This document shows positions 33,166-42,938 of a DNA stretch of 64,000 nt, in pieces. The stretch's first letter is position 1; each line of letters opens with the position of its first letter. The notes beneath the pieces were generated by a model that did not search any database, was not told where the DNA came from, and saw nothing but the letters and a program-made list of their open reading frames with translations. The translations under genes were made by a program, and so were the position numbers. This stretch comes from Candidatus Micrarchaeota archaeon (GTDB taxonomy: Archaea > Micrarchaeota > Micrarchaeia > Anstonellales > Bilamarchaeaceae), in assembly GCA_040757035.1 (NCBI GenBank), contig JBFLYM010000003.1, positions 1,079-65,078 on the forward strand. Direction: 5' to 3'.

Positions 33166-33591
33166 TTAACGTTGTGCTATATCTCTTTCTTCAATCAGAT
33201 CAATAACAGAAGGCAATAGACGCGCAAGATCTCCTTCGCTTAAGATTCCTATTAGTTCATTATGGTTATTCACAACTGGAAGTCGCTTTATTTTATTGTC
33301 CTTCATCACTTTTGCTGCATCTTCAAGCGTTATATCAGGTTTAATCACTCTGAGCGGTTTTGACATTACATTATCAACTTTCAACTTTAAGATATCTTTA
33401 TCTAGCGCAATAGCTTTATGTATGATATCGCGTTCTGTTATTATCCCAATCGCATTTTTTTCGTCTACTATAAGAATAGAACCAACATCATACTCTTTCA
33501 TTAATTTTGCGGCTTTAGGTAAAGGACTACCTTTATCTAACATTATAACCGTTTTCGTCATTACGTCTCCTACTTTTAATTCTGAACTCAT
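33166..33591 (-). CDS. CBS-domain pair protein
   Basis: Two CBS motifs (…VGSILIVDEKNAIGIITERDI…; …RLPVVNNHNELIGILSEGDL…). Confidence 0.8.
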   Translation of the reverse strand: MSSELKVGDVMTKTVIMLDKGSPLPKAAKLMKEYDVGSILIVDEKNAIGIITERDIIHKAIALDKDILKLKVDNVMSKPLRVIKPDITLEDAAKVMKDNKIKRLPVVNNHNELIGILSEGDLARLLPSVIDLIEERDIAQR

Positions 33592-33782
33592 AATTTCAAT
33601 TTTGTTAAAAAGGATTTATAAATCCACAGCAAGACTGGTTTATAAATCTTTCGCTACTATCGGCTTTGTTAGGCTACCCGCCAATTTGTTCGAATAAAAA
33701 AAATATATATTTTTAATTAATTAGTGGACAATATATTATAAGCATAAAGCAATCACCGGATTATTTTGTATGCTAAAGTGCG

Positions 33783-34052
33783 GTGATAATTATGAATATT
33801 GAACAAAGAGTAACTGAGATAGAAAAAAGAAACACACGAGTGGAGGTGGATAAAGCATGGGAAACGAGCTTTACAAGAAAAGTACTTATTGCAATACTAA
33901 CTTATGTTACAATAGTCTTATTCTTCCTTGTAGCCAAACTACCAAATCCATTTATCAATTCAATTGTTCCAACAGCAGGATTTGTACTTTCCACATTATC
34001 GCTGTCTTTATTCAAAAGAATATGGATTAAGTATATTCGTAAAAGCTCTTAA
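33783..34052 (+). CDS. Small membrane protein, hypothetical
   Basis: Two TM helices. The probable ATG is at 33792, preceded by GGTGAT. Confidence 0.35.
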   Translation: MIIMNIEQRVTEIEKRNTRVEVDKAWETSFTRKVLIAILTYVTIVLFFLVAKLPNPFINSIVPTAGFVLSTLSLSLFKRIWIKYIRKSS

Positions 34053-34072
34053 TGATTTTCTCTGGTTTAGAT

Positions 34073-34145
34073 CCACCAACCATAATGCACGTTTGTTCAT
34101 TGGCGGTACTCGAAAAACACCGAATTACTTAGTTGGGGGAGTATA
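34073..34145. repeat. Copy A of a 73-bp direct repeat (~88% identical to 45015-45087)
   Basis: ccaccaaccataatgcacgtttgttcattggcggtactcgaaaaacaccgaattacttagttgggggagtata. It overlaps the last 5 codons and stop of the minus-strand 838-aa ORF. Confidence 0.8.
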
Positions 34146-36641
34146 TTTTTTGTATAAATCATTAAGTTCTTCTAAAGTTGGCTCACCTTTTTTATCTTCT
34201 TTATCTTCTTTTTTCCATACAATATACGAAACAAAAAAAGGTAGGTGAAATACCTTATATGCCTGAGAATAAGATGTTATATTTTCAGCTATATCTGTAC
34301 CTGAAAAATTATCAGTGGCTTTTTTATCTGATTCATCTAATTTTTGTATATAATCCTTATATTCGTTCCAAAGGTTTTCCATTTCTTGTTGATTTGTATT
34401 CTTACTTATCTCTAGGTTGTATTTTGTTAGAATAGACATTGCCGTTTGTTTAGCTTCATCACCAAATTCTATCTTTTTAAGTGTTCCAACAAACGGATTT
34501 TTCATATTTCCAATTTCATCAGCTTCACCAGTAATTTTGCGAATAGGAATTCCTTCGTTTTCTTTTTTACTTATTTTGATTTCTTTGATTTTTATCGGTC
34601 TCACGTTTCTTGTAATTTCCTTCTTTTTCTTCATCTCTATCATCTCCTTATTTTCAATTGGTATCATCCCAATATTCTTCGTGCGATATTCCTTCAGCCA
34701 TAAAAGTACTGGGGACGTATCTCTTACCTCCCCAATTTTCTTCTTTCCACTTCTATCAAAAATTTCAGTGCCTTTTACATACTCATCATTGCCAACATTT
34801 TGAAGAGAATCCTTTTCATCTATGCATTTTGTTATTATACTAGCAACGACATTTTTCCCTATTTGTCCTTCTCCCCAAAGTTTTATCATTAAATTTATTT
34901 GATTTAAGAAATGCTGTTTTTCGTCATCCTTGGAAAATTCATAGTTTCTGAGTTTATCTTCAATAATTCTCCATCCACAGTCTTTAAATTTTTTAGTTTC
35001 AAGCGCTTTGGAAAGATTATTTACTATGTTGCATAATTTTGGTTTGATTACAGGTGCTTTTTTTTGCTTCTCTTCTTGTACTTGTTCTCGCCCTTGTTCT
35101 TCAATAAATTTATCTTTATCCTTTGTTTTATTATCTATGAATGTGCTGCTGTTCTGTATACCGATGCTCTTTGTGTTGTTTTTCCTGTATGTTTCCACCT
35201 TTCCAATTGCCTCAACTATTTCATTTAAATCTCTTCGTGGAACCGGGGTATTTGGAATTGCATATCCTTCTGGGGTTAGTTTTATTTGTCCGTTTTCGGT
35301 TTGTGGTAGTTTTGTTTTGAGATATTCACAAGAACGGTCAAGATCAAGATTTTGCGCTAATTCTTGACTCAAATTCATATTATTCTGTTCTTTTGAAAGT
35401 GCATCAATGGTTGTCTCAACATTTGTAATCGCGTTGGTTATTTTATCATTTATGTTTCTCTCTGCTAATTTTTTCTTTGAACGTAAAAATGTTGATGGAT
35501 TAAAAATATTCAATGAAATCGGCAGCCCTGAATATGCTATTGAGAATTCTATTTTATCTTCTTGATCTTTCAATTTTGCATAATCTGGCGTTGCTATTTT
35601 AGATGATATTGGAGATGATAAGAGATTTCTAATTCTTTTTTTCGCTGTATTAAAATTTCCACGTCCGATATCCATGCTTATTTTTTTATTCTCTTCTTTA
35701 ACAATGTCTGCTATTTTTTTAGGATCCGTTTCTTCTGTGCGAGATTTAAATTCCTTTACTTTAGTTGGAAATAGGCCATCATAAATATCTATAAGCTTTG
35801 CAATTGGATTTTTTACAAAGACTTCAAATGCAGTATTCCAAATATTTTGCGGAAATACCAGCTGCTTTGAAAGTTCAATAGCAAGGTTAGTTCCTTTTTC
35901 TTTGCTGCGTTCATTTGCTTTTGACCACGAAAGGGTTAGCACTCCTAATACGGTACCGAACCAATCCATACTTCTGCTGATTTTTTTTGTTAAGAAATTA
36001 TACCCCCAGCCAAATGGTCCTAATGAAAAACCGATTACAGTATTCCATAAACCGTGTTTTGGTTTTGACAATGAAACGTTTAATGGACCTCCGCCTCCTA
36101 TTCCTAGGTTCGTTCCTTTCTTTGAAATTTTTGCTGATACTCCTGATAACTCAACACTAGGTCCTAATCCATCTTTCGAATATTGCATTCCAATACGCGA
36201 TTTGGATTGAGGAGCAAAGACATTATATGATTCGTTTCCTAGGCCGATAGTTGTATCTACTGTTCCAAGTGTAGATACTTTAGTGCCAAAAGACCATCCT
36301 AAATATCTACACTTATAATCAGAGTAATTACTTTCGCGATATGCTGGGAAATGCGCTTTCAGAAAAAAATTGATTAAATCCTGATCTTTAATTTTTTTAT
36401 TTTTTGCTACTTCAGCTACCTTAAGCCATTCATCAAATTTATTTCCAATATCCGCAGATGAGTATTCTTTTTTACCCTGATCTGTAAATCTTGTTAAATC
36501 TACATAATCTGCTTTGATAGAACCATCCTTATATATTCCTTTTTGGGTAAGCGAATCTATTACATTCTTAAAGAGTCTATCTCTTGTTTCTTTCGTTTTG
36601 TCTAATAGAATTTCTTTTTCTTCTTTTTGACAAAAATCCAT
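34125..36641 (-). CDS. Large hypothetical protein (838 aa), Lys/Glu-rich with Gly-rich beta segments
   Basis: Long uninterrupted ORF in tandem with the 1268-aa ORF. No recognisable domain. Confidence 0.5.
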   Translation of the reverse strand: MDFCQKEEKEILLDKTKETRDRLFKNVIDSLTQKGIYKDGSIKADYVDLTRFTDQGKKEYSSADIGNKFDEWLKVAEVAKNKKIKDQDLINFFLKAHFPAYRESNYSDYKCRYLGWSFGTKVSTLGTVDTTIGLGNESYNVFAPQSKSRIGMQYSKDGLGPSVELSGVSAKISKKGTNLGIGGGGPLNVSLSKPKHGLWNTVIGFSLGPFGWGYNFLTKKISRSMDWFGTVLGVLTLSWSKANERSKEKGTNLAIELSKQLVFPQNIWNTAFEVFVKNPIAKLIDIYDGLFPTKVKEFKSRTEETDPKKIADIVKEENKKISMDIGRGNFNTAKKRIRNLLSSPISSKIATPDYAKLKDQEDKIEFSIAYSGLPISLNIFNPSTFLRSKKKLAERNINDKITNAITNVETTIDALSKEQNNMNLSQELAQNLDLDRSCEYLKTKLPQTENGQIKLTPEGYAIPNTPVPRRDLNEIVEAIGKVETYRKNNTKSIGIQNSSTFIDNKTKDKDKFIEEQGREQVQEEKQKKAPVIKPKLCNIVNNLSKALETKKFKDCGWRIIEDKLRNYEFSKDDEKQHFLNQINLMIKLWGEGQIGKNVVASIITKCIDEKDSLQNVGNDEYVKGTEIFDRSGKKKIGEVRDTSPVLLWLKEYRTKNIGMIPIENKEMIEMKKKKEITRNVRPIKIKEIKISKKENEGIPIRKITGEADEIGNMKNPFVGTLKKIEFGDEAKQTAMSILTKYNLEISKNTNQQEMENLWNEYKDYIQKLDESDKKATDNFSGTDIAENITSYSQAYKVFHLPFFVSYIVWKKEDKEDKKGEPTLEELNDLYKKYTPPTK

Positions 36642-36694
36642 TTAATCACTAGTAAACCACAACACGTTTAGTCTCAAGGTTTAGAAATCATAAA

Positions 36695-39600
36695 TCAAAA
36701 TTTATAATATATTGGAATTCGTGCAGAACCTCCGAGTTCAAATATCCAAATTGAACCTTTGACGCCTGTTGGTATGTATTTATCCCATTCTTTGCGAATC
36801 CCAGCGTCTATATAGTAATTACGCCCAATACTTTTCTTAATCATAGAAAGGAATAAACCTATGCTGTGATATTTGATTGTTCCGCCTGTTTCTTTACTTG
36901 TATTTTTACCGCTTTCAAATTCACCTCCGCAGTCCATTGTGCAAATTGAACCATAATCATCTCCTGGTAAGAATAGCGTTACTGCTCCGCGCACAACATT
37001 TCTATTAAACTCTAATTCATTCATTTGGTTGGCATAGTATTTTCCATTTTCATATTTTATTGCAATATACTTGCCACTAGAACCCAACTTTTCACCATTT
37101 ATTATATAACCATTAGCGCTAAAAACCACTGCCTCTGCTGTCTTTATATCTTTGTTGAGCGTGCCTCTTGTTTCACGACTTGCTCCAACAATAATACCTT
37201 CACCGCCGTATGCGTTTTTTTCTTTATTTTTTTTATATCCTCCGTATAAAAGAAGTTTGCTTCCAAATTCATTATTTACTATTACACCGCCTGTTATAAA
37301 CGCGACTGCAAGATCAAGCGGTTTGATTATTTTTCCCCCAATTCCGCGAGTATTTCCCAATGAAGTTATGGCCTGCCAACCGCCGCCATTTGCGATCGCG
37401 TAGGCATTGAACATTTCCCCTTCTTTACCTATTATACTCTCAAAACCAAAAGTCTCTCCATCCTTAGTTGTAAGTTTATATTTAAATGTGCCCATATATT
37501 GCTCTGCGATTAGCAAATTTATTGCTTTTAGTTTTCCTCTTAAATTCTCTATTTCAGCGCGCGCATTTCTATAGTCCTCCCATGCTTTGGACAGTTCCTC
37601 ATCAGAAATTCCTGGTTTTGCGAGTGTTTCAGATGCTGTATTTATATTATTAATTTCGGTCGCTATATTGTCATTTATTGCTGATTGTGCTTGGACCGCG
37701 GTTGATTTTGATGTATGAGTGGAGAATTGAAGCTTATGACGTATAAGTTTTTGTAGGTTCGGTTCTGTCTTTTGTGATTTCTGCCATTTTCCTGGTGTTT
37801 CCCGCTCTTCTGATGTTTCCCACTCTATTGCGCCAGTCAGTGCATATTCTTTATCATTATTTCCAGTAGCATTTTTTACATAACTGCCAACTATCCATGC
37901 AAGATCGCTTCCAAGACCGATGTATGCGATATTAGTCCTTGCCGCGGTTTCTAAATTTGATAGATAGGTAATATATGCTGGATTGAATTCAACGTTGTTT
38001 GTTCTCCATGTAATATCTATGCCATATTGTTTATTTGCTCCATATACTAAATCCCAAAACGAAGCAGTAGTCTTATCGCTACTTTCCTGTTTAAAAGTGA
38101 GACCCATTTCCTTTTTATCTTCTTCAGAGTACGCCCTTATAAAAGTCATTGAGTGCTCCCCAGTTTTACTATCGGTTGTATCACTACCAATTATTGCGCC
38201 AAACTGTTCAGCAAGCGTTTCTGAATTCATACCTTTCAAAACCGCAGCACTAAGCCCTGATTTTGATTTTAATCCAACAACGAATGCTTCAAGTTTATTA
38301 TTATCAATGAGCGCGCGTACATCTGCGTTAGCACTAAAGTATACTAGAAACGTGCTTTTAATGTTATCAGCGGTTTCGTTAAATGTATAGCGATACCAAG
38401 TTCCATTGGTATTGCGAACATATGCTTTTACTAAGTAGCTGTTGTCAGCGTTTTTTTCGTAAAATAAGCGCGCAAAATTCTCTTTTGTTGGTTGTTTTGA
38501 GTTAAAATTAAAGTAGCTATCAAGAGCGGCGCGTAATTGGTCATTACATACATAAAATTCTCCTTTTTGAATTTCCTTCACCGGTTCTTCTGGGGTTTTA
38601 ATATCGTTAGCAATTATTCGGAAAGCCTTTTCAGCCTTTTCATCTTCATTAATATATACACCGCCGCTTATTGAGGCGCCTTCAGTACCTATCATTTCTA
38701 CTTGAGCAATAACAGATGTTTCTGATTTACCATTCTTTCCTTTGGCTATCGCGCCCCCACCCAAAGTAAGGTAGGTAAGCGTAGTAGGTAATTTTACAAG
38801 AAATGGAATCTCTTGGTTTGAAAGTTCGCGCACGAACTCATCAATCGAAGGTATAATATAAGTGACTTTTTTATATCCTTTATCAGGAATTAATTGAAAC
38901 GAATATGGCGAGAACTCATATAAAAATTTAGACAGTGTACGATCAGTTTCTCCACCACTCATTTTAGTTGTATCTGATTCATATGCCGAATCAATAGGCT
39001 GCAATGGGTTTAAAATATAAAAATCAAAAAGAGTACTAATAAGATTAGGGGAAATTTCAACTTCTGTTATTTTATCTGAAATGTTTTTTTCCATGGCTTC
39101 AATAAGCCGCTTCAATTCCGCTTTTGTAGGTTCTGGCACATTTTCAAGTAGTGCCGAAAAACTAGCTGGATCTTTGAGCGTTTGTTCTATAAATGCTTTA
39201 AATATTGCTTTCTGCGCTTCTTGAAACGCATCCTGAACACCAATTATTGTAAACGTAAACGCAGATCTTTCACGCGCTGCGCCAGCTCTATCATAAACTT
39301 CATTCAGTCTTAGTGCAATAGCTGGAATAATCCTTGTTCTTATTTCATCCAGACCATAAGCACCGCTTTCCACAATAGCTCTCAATGTTCCTTTTGTTGC
39401 TATTTTCTCCCCATCCACATAAACATTTTCTGCGAAAAGCGCGTAGTAAGATTGTTTTGGCATTACGGCGAGCGCTTCGCTAAGTCCAGGATTTTTCTGA
39501 TCTCCAATTAATATCCTAACTCCATCTACCCCCCAATTATCTTCCATTACAGGAAGGAACGAAAGGAATGCGCGTTGGGAAAGCAGGTCCATGCGTGAGA

Positions 39601-40501
39601 ACATATCTTCTCCTTCTGCTGAATATTTGCCAAAAAAATTTCCCCGTTCAACAAAAAAGGATTTGTTTAAAGTACTGTCTACAAATTTTTGAAGTATTCC
39701 TACTTCGCTCAACTTGTTTAGCAATGGTTTACCATGTTTATCTTTCGGGATATATTGTCCAAAATTTTCAATCATTTCATTTTTAGTCATGCCAAAATGT
39801 TTTCTAACGAAAAAATTCATAACAGCTTCTTGATTTTGACCAAAACTAAGCGAACTTTGAGGAGTATAAATATTGGTTCCTGAAGCTATTGAGATATAAT
39901 TTTCAACTTTGGCATAGCATTCATTATAGTTGGCTATAATATCATAAATAGTTGAACCATTTTCAAAAAATGAAGCGAAATCCGAAACATTTGAAAAGTT
40001 ATAACCTATTGTTTGTTTTAAAACGCTGCGTTCATTTTTATTAAATCCTACTGAAGAAAGGGCGGTTTCAATAGAGGTGGTATCTTTAGCTTTAGCAAAG
40101 AGGGCACAATAGTTATTTATCTTCTCTCTAATTTTCCCCTTCTTCAAATCTGGATCCTGCTCAATACCAGCAATTGTTTTGTTGTCGTTACTTAATATCG
40201 CGAGAATGAGATTCTTTGTGATATTCTGTGCAGTCAGAAGTTCTTCTAGTTTTCTAAGATTATTTTGTGCCTCTAAATTCTCCGGATTCAATTTTATTGT
40301 TTTTTTATAATCTTGTATTGCTAAATCGTATTTTCCTTGCTTCTCATAACACAGTCCGCGATTGAAATATGCGTCTGCATTCTTCGGATTCAATTCTATT
40401 GCTTTTGTATATTCTTGTATTGCTGAGTCATAATTTCCTTTCTTATATCCTTCATCATAATGATCTTCTACCACTGATTTTTGATATTTAACTGGTCCCA
40501 T
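36695..40501 (-). CDS. Giant hypothetical protein (1268 aa): N-terminal TPR repeats, then a long unknown region and a Gly/aromatic-rich beta C-terminus ending …IPIYYKF
   Basis: TPR motifs at the N-terminus (…AIQEYTKAIELNPKNADAYFNRGLCYEKQGKYDLAIQDYKKTIKLNPEN…). Long ORF; no other family recognised. Confidence 0.55.
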   Translation of the reverse strand: MGPVKYQKSVVEDHYDEGYKKGNYDSAIQEYTKAIELNPKNADAYFNRGLCYEKQGKYDLAIQDYKKTIKLNPENLEAQNNLRKLEELLTAQNITKNLILAILSNDNKTIAGIEQDPDLKKGKIREKINNYCALFAKAKDTTSIETALSSVGFNKNERSVLKQTIGYNFSNVSDFASFFENGSTIYDIIANYNECYAKVENYISIASGTNIYTPQSSLSFGQNQEAVMNFFVRKHFGMTKNEMIENFGQYIPKDKHGKPLLNKLSEVGILQKFVDSTLNKSFFVERGNFFGKYSAEGEDMFSRMDLLSQRAFLSFLPVMEDNWGVDGVRILIGDQKNPGLSEALAVMPKQSYYALFAENVYVDGEKIATKGTLRAIVESGAYGLDEIRTRIIPAIALRLNEVYDRAGAARERSAFTFTIIGVQDAFQEAQKAIFKAFIEQTLKDPASFSALLENVPEPTKAELKRLIEAMEKNISDKITEVEISPNLISTLFDFYILNPLQPIDSAYESDTTKMSGGETDRTLSKFLYEFSPYSFQLIPDKGYKKVTYIIPSIDEFVRELSNQEIPFLVKLPTTLTYLTLGGGAIAKGKNGKSETSVIAQVEMIGTEGASISGGVYINEDEKAEKAFRIIANDIKTPEEPVKEIQKGEFYVCNDQLRAALDSYFNFNSKQPTKENFARLFYEKNADNSYLVKAYVRNTNGTWYRYTFNETADNIKSTFLVYFSANADVRALIDNNKLEAFVVGLKSKSGLSAAVLKGMNSETLAEQFGAIIGSDTTDSKTGEHSMTFIRAYSEEDKKEMGLTFKQESSDKTTASFWDLVYGANKQYGIDITWRTNNVEFNPAYITYLSNLETAARTNIAYIGLGSDLAWIVGSYVKNATGNNDKEYALTGAIEWETSEERETPGKWQKSQKTEPNLQKLIRHKLQFSTHTSKSTAVQAQSAINDNIATEINNINTASETLAKPGISDEELSKAWEDYRNARAEIENLRGKLKAINLLIAEQYMGTFKYKLTTKDGETFGFESIIGKEGEMFNAYAIANGGGWQAITSLGNTRGIGGKIIKPLDLAVAFITGGVIVNNEFGSKLLLYGGYKKNKEKNAYGGEGIIVGASRETRGTLNKDIKTAEAVVFSANGYIINGEKLGSSGKYIAIKYENGKYYANQMNELEFNRNVVRGAVTLFLPGDDYGSICTMDCGGEFESGKNTSKETGGTIKYHSIGLFLSMIKKSIGRNYYIDAGIRKEWDKYIPTGVKGSIWIFELGGSARIPIYYKF

Positions 40502-40711
40502 AATATCACTAATATATTATTATAAGAAAGAATATTAAATATGTTGTACGTGCCTAACCACAGAGTAGCACTGGAAAGCATCTCCTCCGATATATTATAA
40601 TATATAATCAATAAATATCCTTATAACTTTTTTATAATTTTTGTGCCTGGAGTAATAGAATAATAAAATAAAAGCTGAAAAAACAAAAATTATAAATTTT
40701 GAGGTGAAAAT

Positions 40712-40966
40712 ATGGCAGAAGATGAAGGCTTTGAAGAAATAAAAGGAAGTGAAACAGAAACGCAAGAAATCTCAGGAATTGGAAAAAGACCAGAATTGCG
40801 CGTAGTTCAACCGGTTACAGACAGAGATGGAAAAACAGTATACAAAAGTGTCGGCGCAATGTGGAAAAGCGTAAGTAAAAATGGAAACGAATTCTATACG
40901 CTAAAAATAGGTGAATTGAGGCTTCTTGTATTTCCGAACACTCCTCGCGAACAAAATGACCTATAA
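40712..40966 (+). CDS. Small acidic hypothetical protein upstream of radA
   Basis: GAGGTGA Shine-Dalgarno motif upstream. 84 aa. Confidence 0.4.
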   Translation: MAEDEGFEEIKGSETETQEISGIGKRPELRVVQPVTDRDGKTVYKSVGAMWKSVSKNGNEFYTLKIGELRLLVFPNTPREQNDL

Positions 40967-40979
40967 ATAGGCGATTGCG

Positions 40980-41954
40980 ATGGCTGAAAAAAAAGAGGAA
41001 AAGGAGCAGAAATACAAAAAATATGAAGATTTAGAAGATCTTCCAGGGATAGGGCCTGCAACAAGTGAGCGGCTTAAGGCGGCAGGTTATAAAGATATTA
41101 CAAGCATCGCGTCGGCGAGTCCACATGAACTCGCCGAAGTTGGCGATTTTGGAGTTGAAGCAGCGAAAAAAGCAATAGAAACCGCAAAATCTGCAATTGA
41201 AATAGGATTTGAAACCGCGGATCAACTTAACGAACGAAGAAAAATGATAGGAAGAATAAAAACCGGTTCGGCCAACCTTGACGAACTTTTAGGCGGTGGT
41301 GTGGAAACGCAATCAATAACCGAATTTTTTGGCAGGTTTTCATCGGGAAAATCGCAAGTAGGTTTCCAACTCGCTGTTAATGTGCAAAAGCCAAAGGAAC
41401 AAGGCGGTCTTGGGGGGAAAGTAATATTCATAGATACTGAAAGCACTTTTAGACCAGACAGAATTATTCAGTTAGCCGAAATACAGGGACTGGATCCTAA
41501 CGAAGTACTTAAGAATATTTTTATCCAGCGCGCGGAAAATTCTGATCATCAAATGCTTTTAGCAGAAAAATGCGAATCGCTAATAAAAGAACATAATGTG
41601 AAATTGCTAATAGTAGATTCGCTGACTTCGCATTTCCGCGCAGATTATATAGGGCGCGGAGCGTTAAGCGACAGACAACAAAAACTTAATAAACACATTC
41701 ATCTTCTCCAAAAACTTGCTGATACATATAATATTGCGATATACATAACTAACCAAGTAATGGATAATCCAGCAATTATGTTCGGAGACCCAACCACCCC
41801 TATAGGAGGGCATGTACTTGCGCATGCGGCAACCTATCGCGTTTATGTGCGAAAAAGCAAAGATGAAAAAAGAATTGCGAGGTTGGTAGATTCACCAAAT
41901 CTTCCTGATACCGAATGCGTGTTTAAAGTAACCGCAGAAGGGATCGTTGATTGA
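40980..41954 (+). CDS. radA: DNA repair and recombination protein RadA
   Basis: N-terminal HhH (…[20 protein letters not shown]…), Walker [10 protein letters not shown], and a RecA fold. Confidence 0.9.
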   Translation: MAEKKEEKEQKYKKYEDLEDLPGIGPATSERLKAAGYKDITSIASASPHELAEVGDFGVEAAKKAIETAKSAIEIGFETADQLNERRKMIGRIKTGSANLDELLGGGVETQSITEFFGRFSSGKSQVGFQLAVNVQKPKEQGGLGGKVIFIDTESTFRPDRIIQLAEIQGLDPNEVLKNIFIQRAENSDHQMLLAEKCESLIKEHNVKLLIVDSLTSHFRADYIGRGALSDRQQKLNKHIHLLQKLADTYNIAIYITNQVMDNPAIMFGDPTTPIGGHVLAHAATYRVYVRKSKDEKRIARLVDSPNLPDTECVFKVTAEGIVD

Positions 41955-42910
41955 AAATGAACAAAATATCTTGCGAAACGCTGAATCTATGCAAAATAAA
42001 ACCACCCTGTTTGCTTTCAATGACTGAGTTGAAAAAAGATGAGATAGAAGCACTATTAGAGCTTGCTATATCATTAAAGAGCAATCCAAAACATTATGCA
42101 AAGGCGCTAGAAGGAAAGACGCTGCTTATGCTTTTTGAAAAACCATCGCTGCGCACAAGGTTGAGCTTTGATGTTGGTATGAAGCAATTGGGCGGAAATA
42201 CGTCTATATTTGATGCCGAACAAACTCCTTTAGGTGCGAAAGAAACAATAGAAGATACCGCAAAAGTATGCGGTAGCTATGTGGATTGCATAATGGCGAG
42301 ACTTTATGAACATGAAAAGTTAGTTAAGCTTAGCGAAAATGCGGGAATTCCTGTGATAAATGGTCTTACCAATGATGAGCATCCTGTTCAAGTGCTTTCA
42401 GATTTGCTCACTATAAAGGAAAAAAAGGGAAAACTCGCAGGATTAAAGATGTGCTATTTGGGCGATGGTAAAAATAATGTCACGCATTCCCTTCTTATCG
42501 GTTGTGCGATAATGGATATTGATATTTCTGTGGGATGTCCGAAAGATGCGATGCCAAAAAAAGAGTATGTAAATAAAGCAAAAGGTTTTGGGAGCGGAAA
42601 AATAGCAATAACTGCGGATCCGATCGAAGCAGTAAAAAATGCGGATATAATTTATACGGATTCGTGGATGAGTTACCATATTGAACCTTCAGAAAAAGAA
42701 GACAGGGTAAAAAAATTCATGCCATATCAAGTTAACAGCGAAAAAGCGAAATATGCGAAAAGCAATTTCCTATTCATGAACTGCCTCCCTGCAATGCGGG
42801 GCTGCGAACAAACAGCAGAAATAATTGACGGTCCACATAGCATAGTCTTCGATCAGGCAGAAAATAGACTACACATGCAAAAAGCGATACTATTAAAATT
42901 ATTAAGATAA
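41951..42910 (+). CDS. Carbamoyltransferase of the ornithine/aspartate transcarbamylase fold (OTCase-like, variant substrate motif)
   Basis: S-x-R-T-R motif (…PSLRTRLSF…) and HCLP motif (…NCLPAMRG…). The canonical ornithine-binding DxxxSMG is replaced by …TDSWMSYH…. ATGA start overlap with radA. Confidence 0.65.
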   Translation: MKMNKISCETLNLCKIKPPCLLSMTELKKDEIEALLELAISLKSNPKHYAKALEGKTLLMLFEKPSLRTRLSFDVGMKQLGGNTSIFDAEQTPLGAKETIEDTAKVCGSYVDCIMARLYEHEKLVKLSENAGIPVINGLTNDEHPVQVLSDLLTIKEKKGKLAGLKMCYLGDGKNNVTHSLLIGCAIMDIDISVGCPKDAMPKKEYVNKAKGFGSGKIAITADPIEAVKNADIIYTDSWMSYHIEPSEKEDRVKKFMPYQVNSEKAKYAKSNFLFMNCLPAMRGCEQTAEIIDGPHSIVFDQAENRLHMQKAILLKLLR

Positions 42911-42938
42911 AAGATTGACATAAAAAGGTTGATATATT

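Noticed and set aside
33296-33697. 133-aa plus-strand ORF
   Set aside because: Antisense to the CBS-domain gene. No features.
34073-34145. The 73-bp repeat as a tRNA or tRNA fragment (a typical integration target)
   Set aside because: No cloverleaf can be drawn. No GTTCRANYC T-loop and no acceptor/anticodon arm arrangement on either strand. Instead it overlaps the 3' end of a protein-coding gene.
36695-40501. Calling the 1268-aa protein a bacterial-type outer-membrane TPR plus beta-barrel exporter (BcsC/PgaA-like)
   Set aside because: The resemblance is only architectural (TPR N-terminus, aromatic C-terminal Phe). There is no signal peptide, and the organism is an archaeon without an outer membrane as far as can be inferred. 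It is kept as a hypothesis in the findings, not as an annotation.
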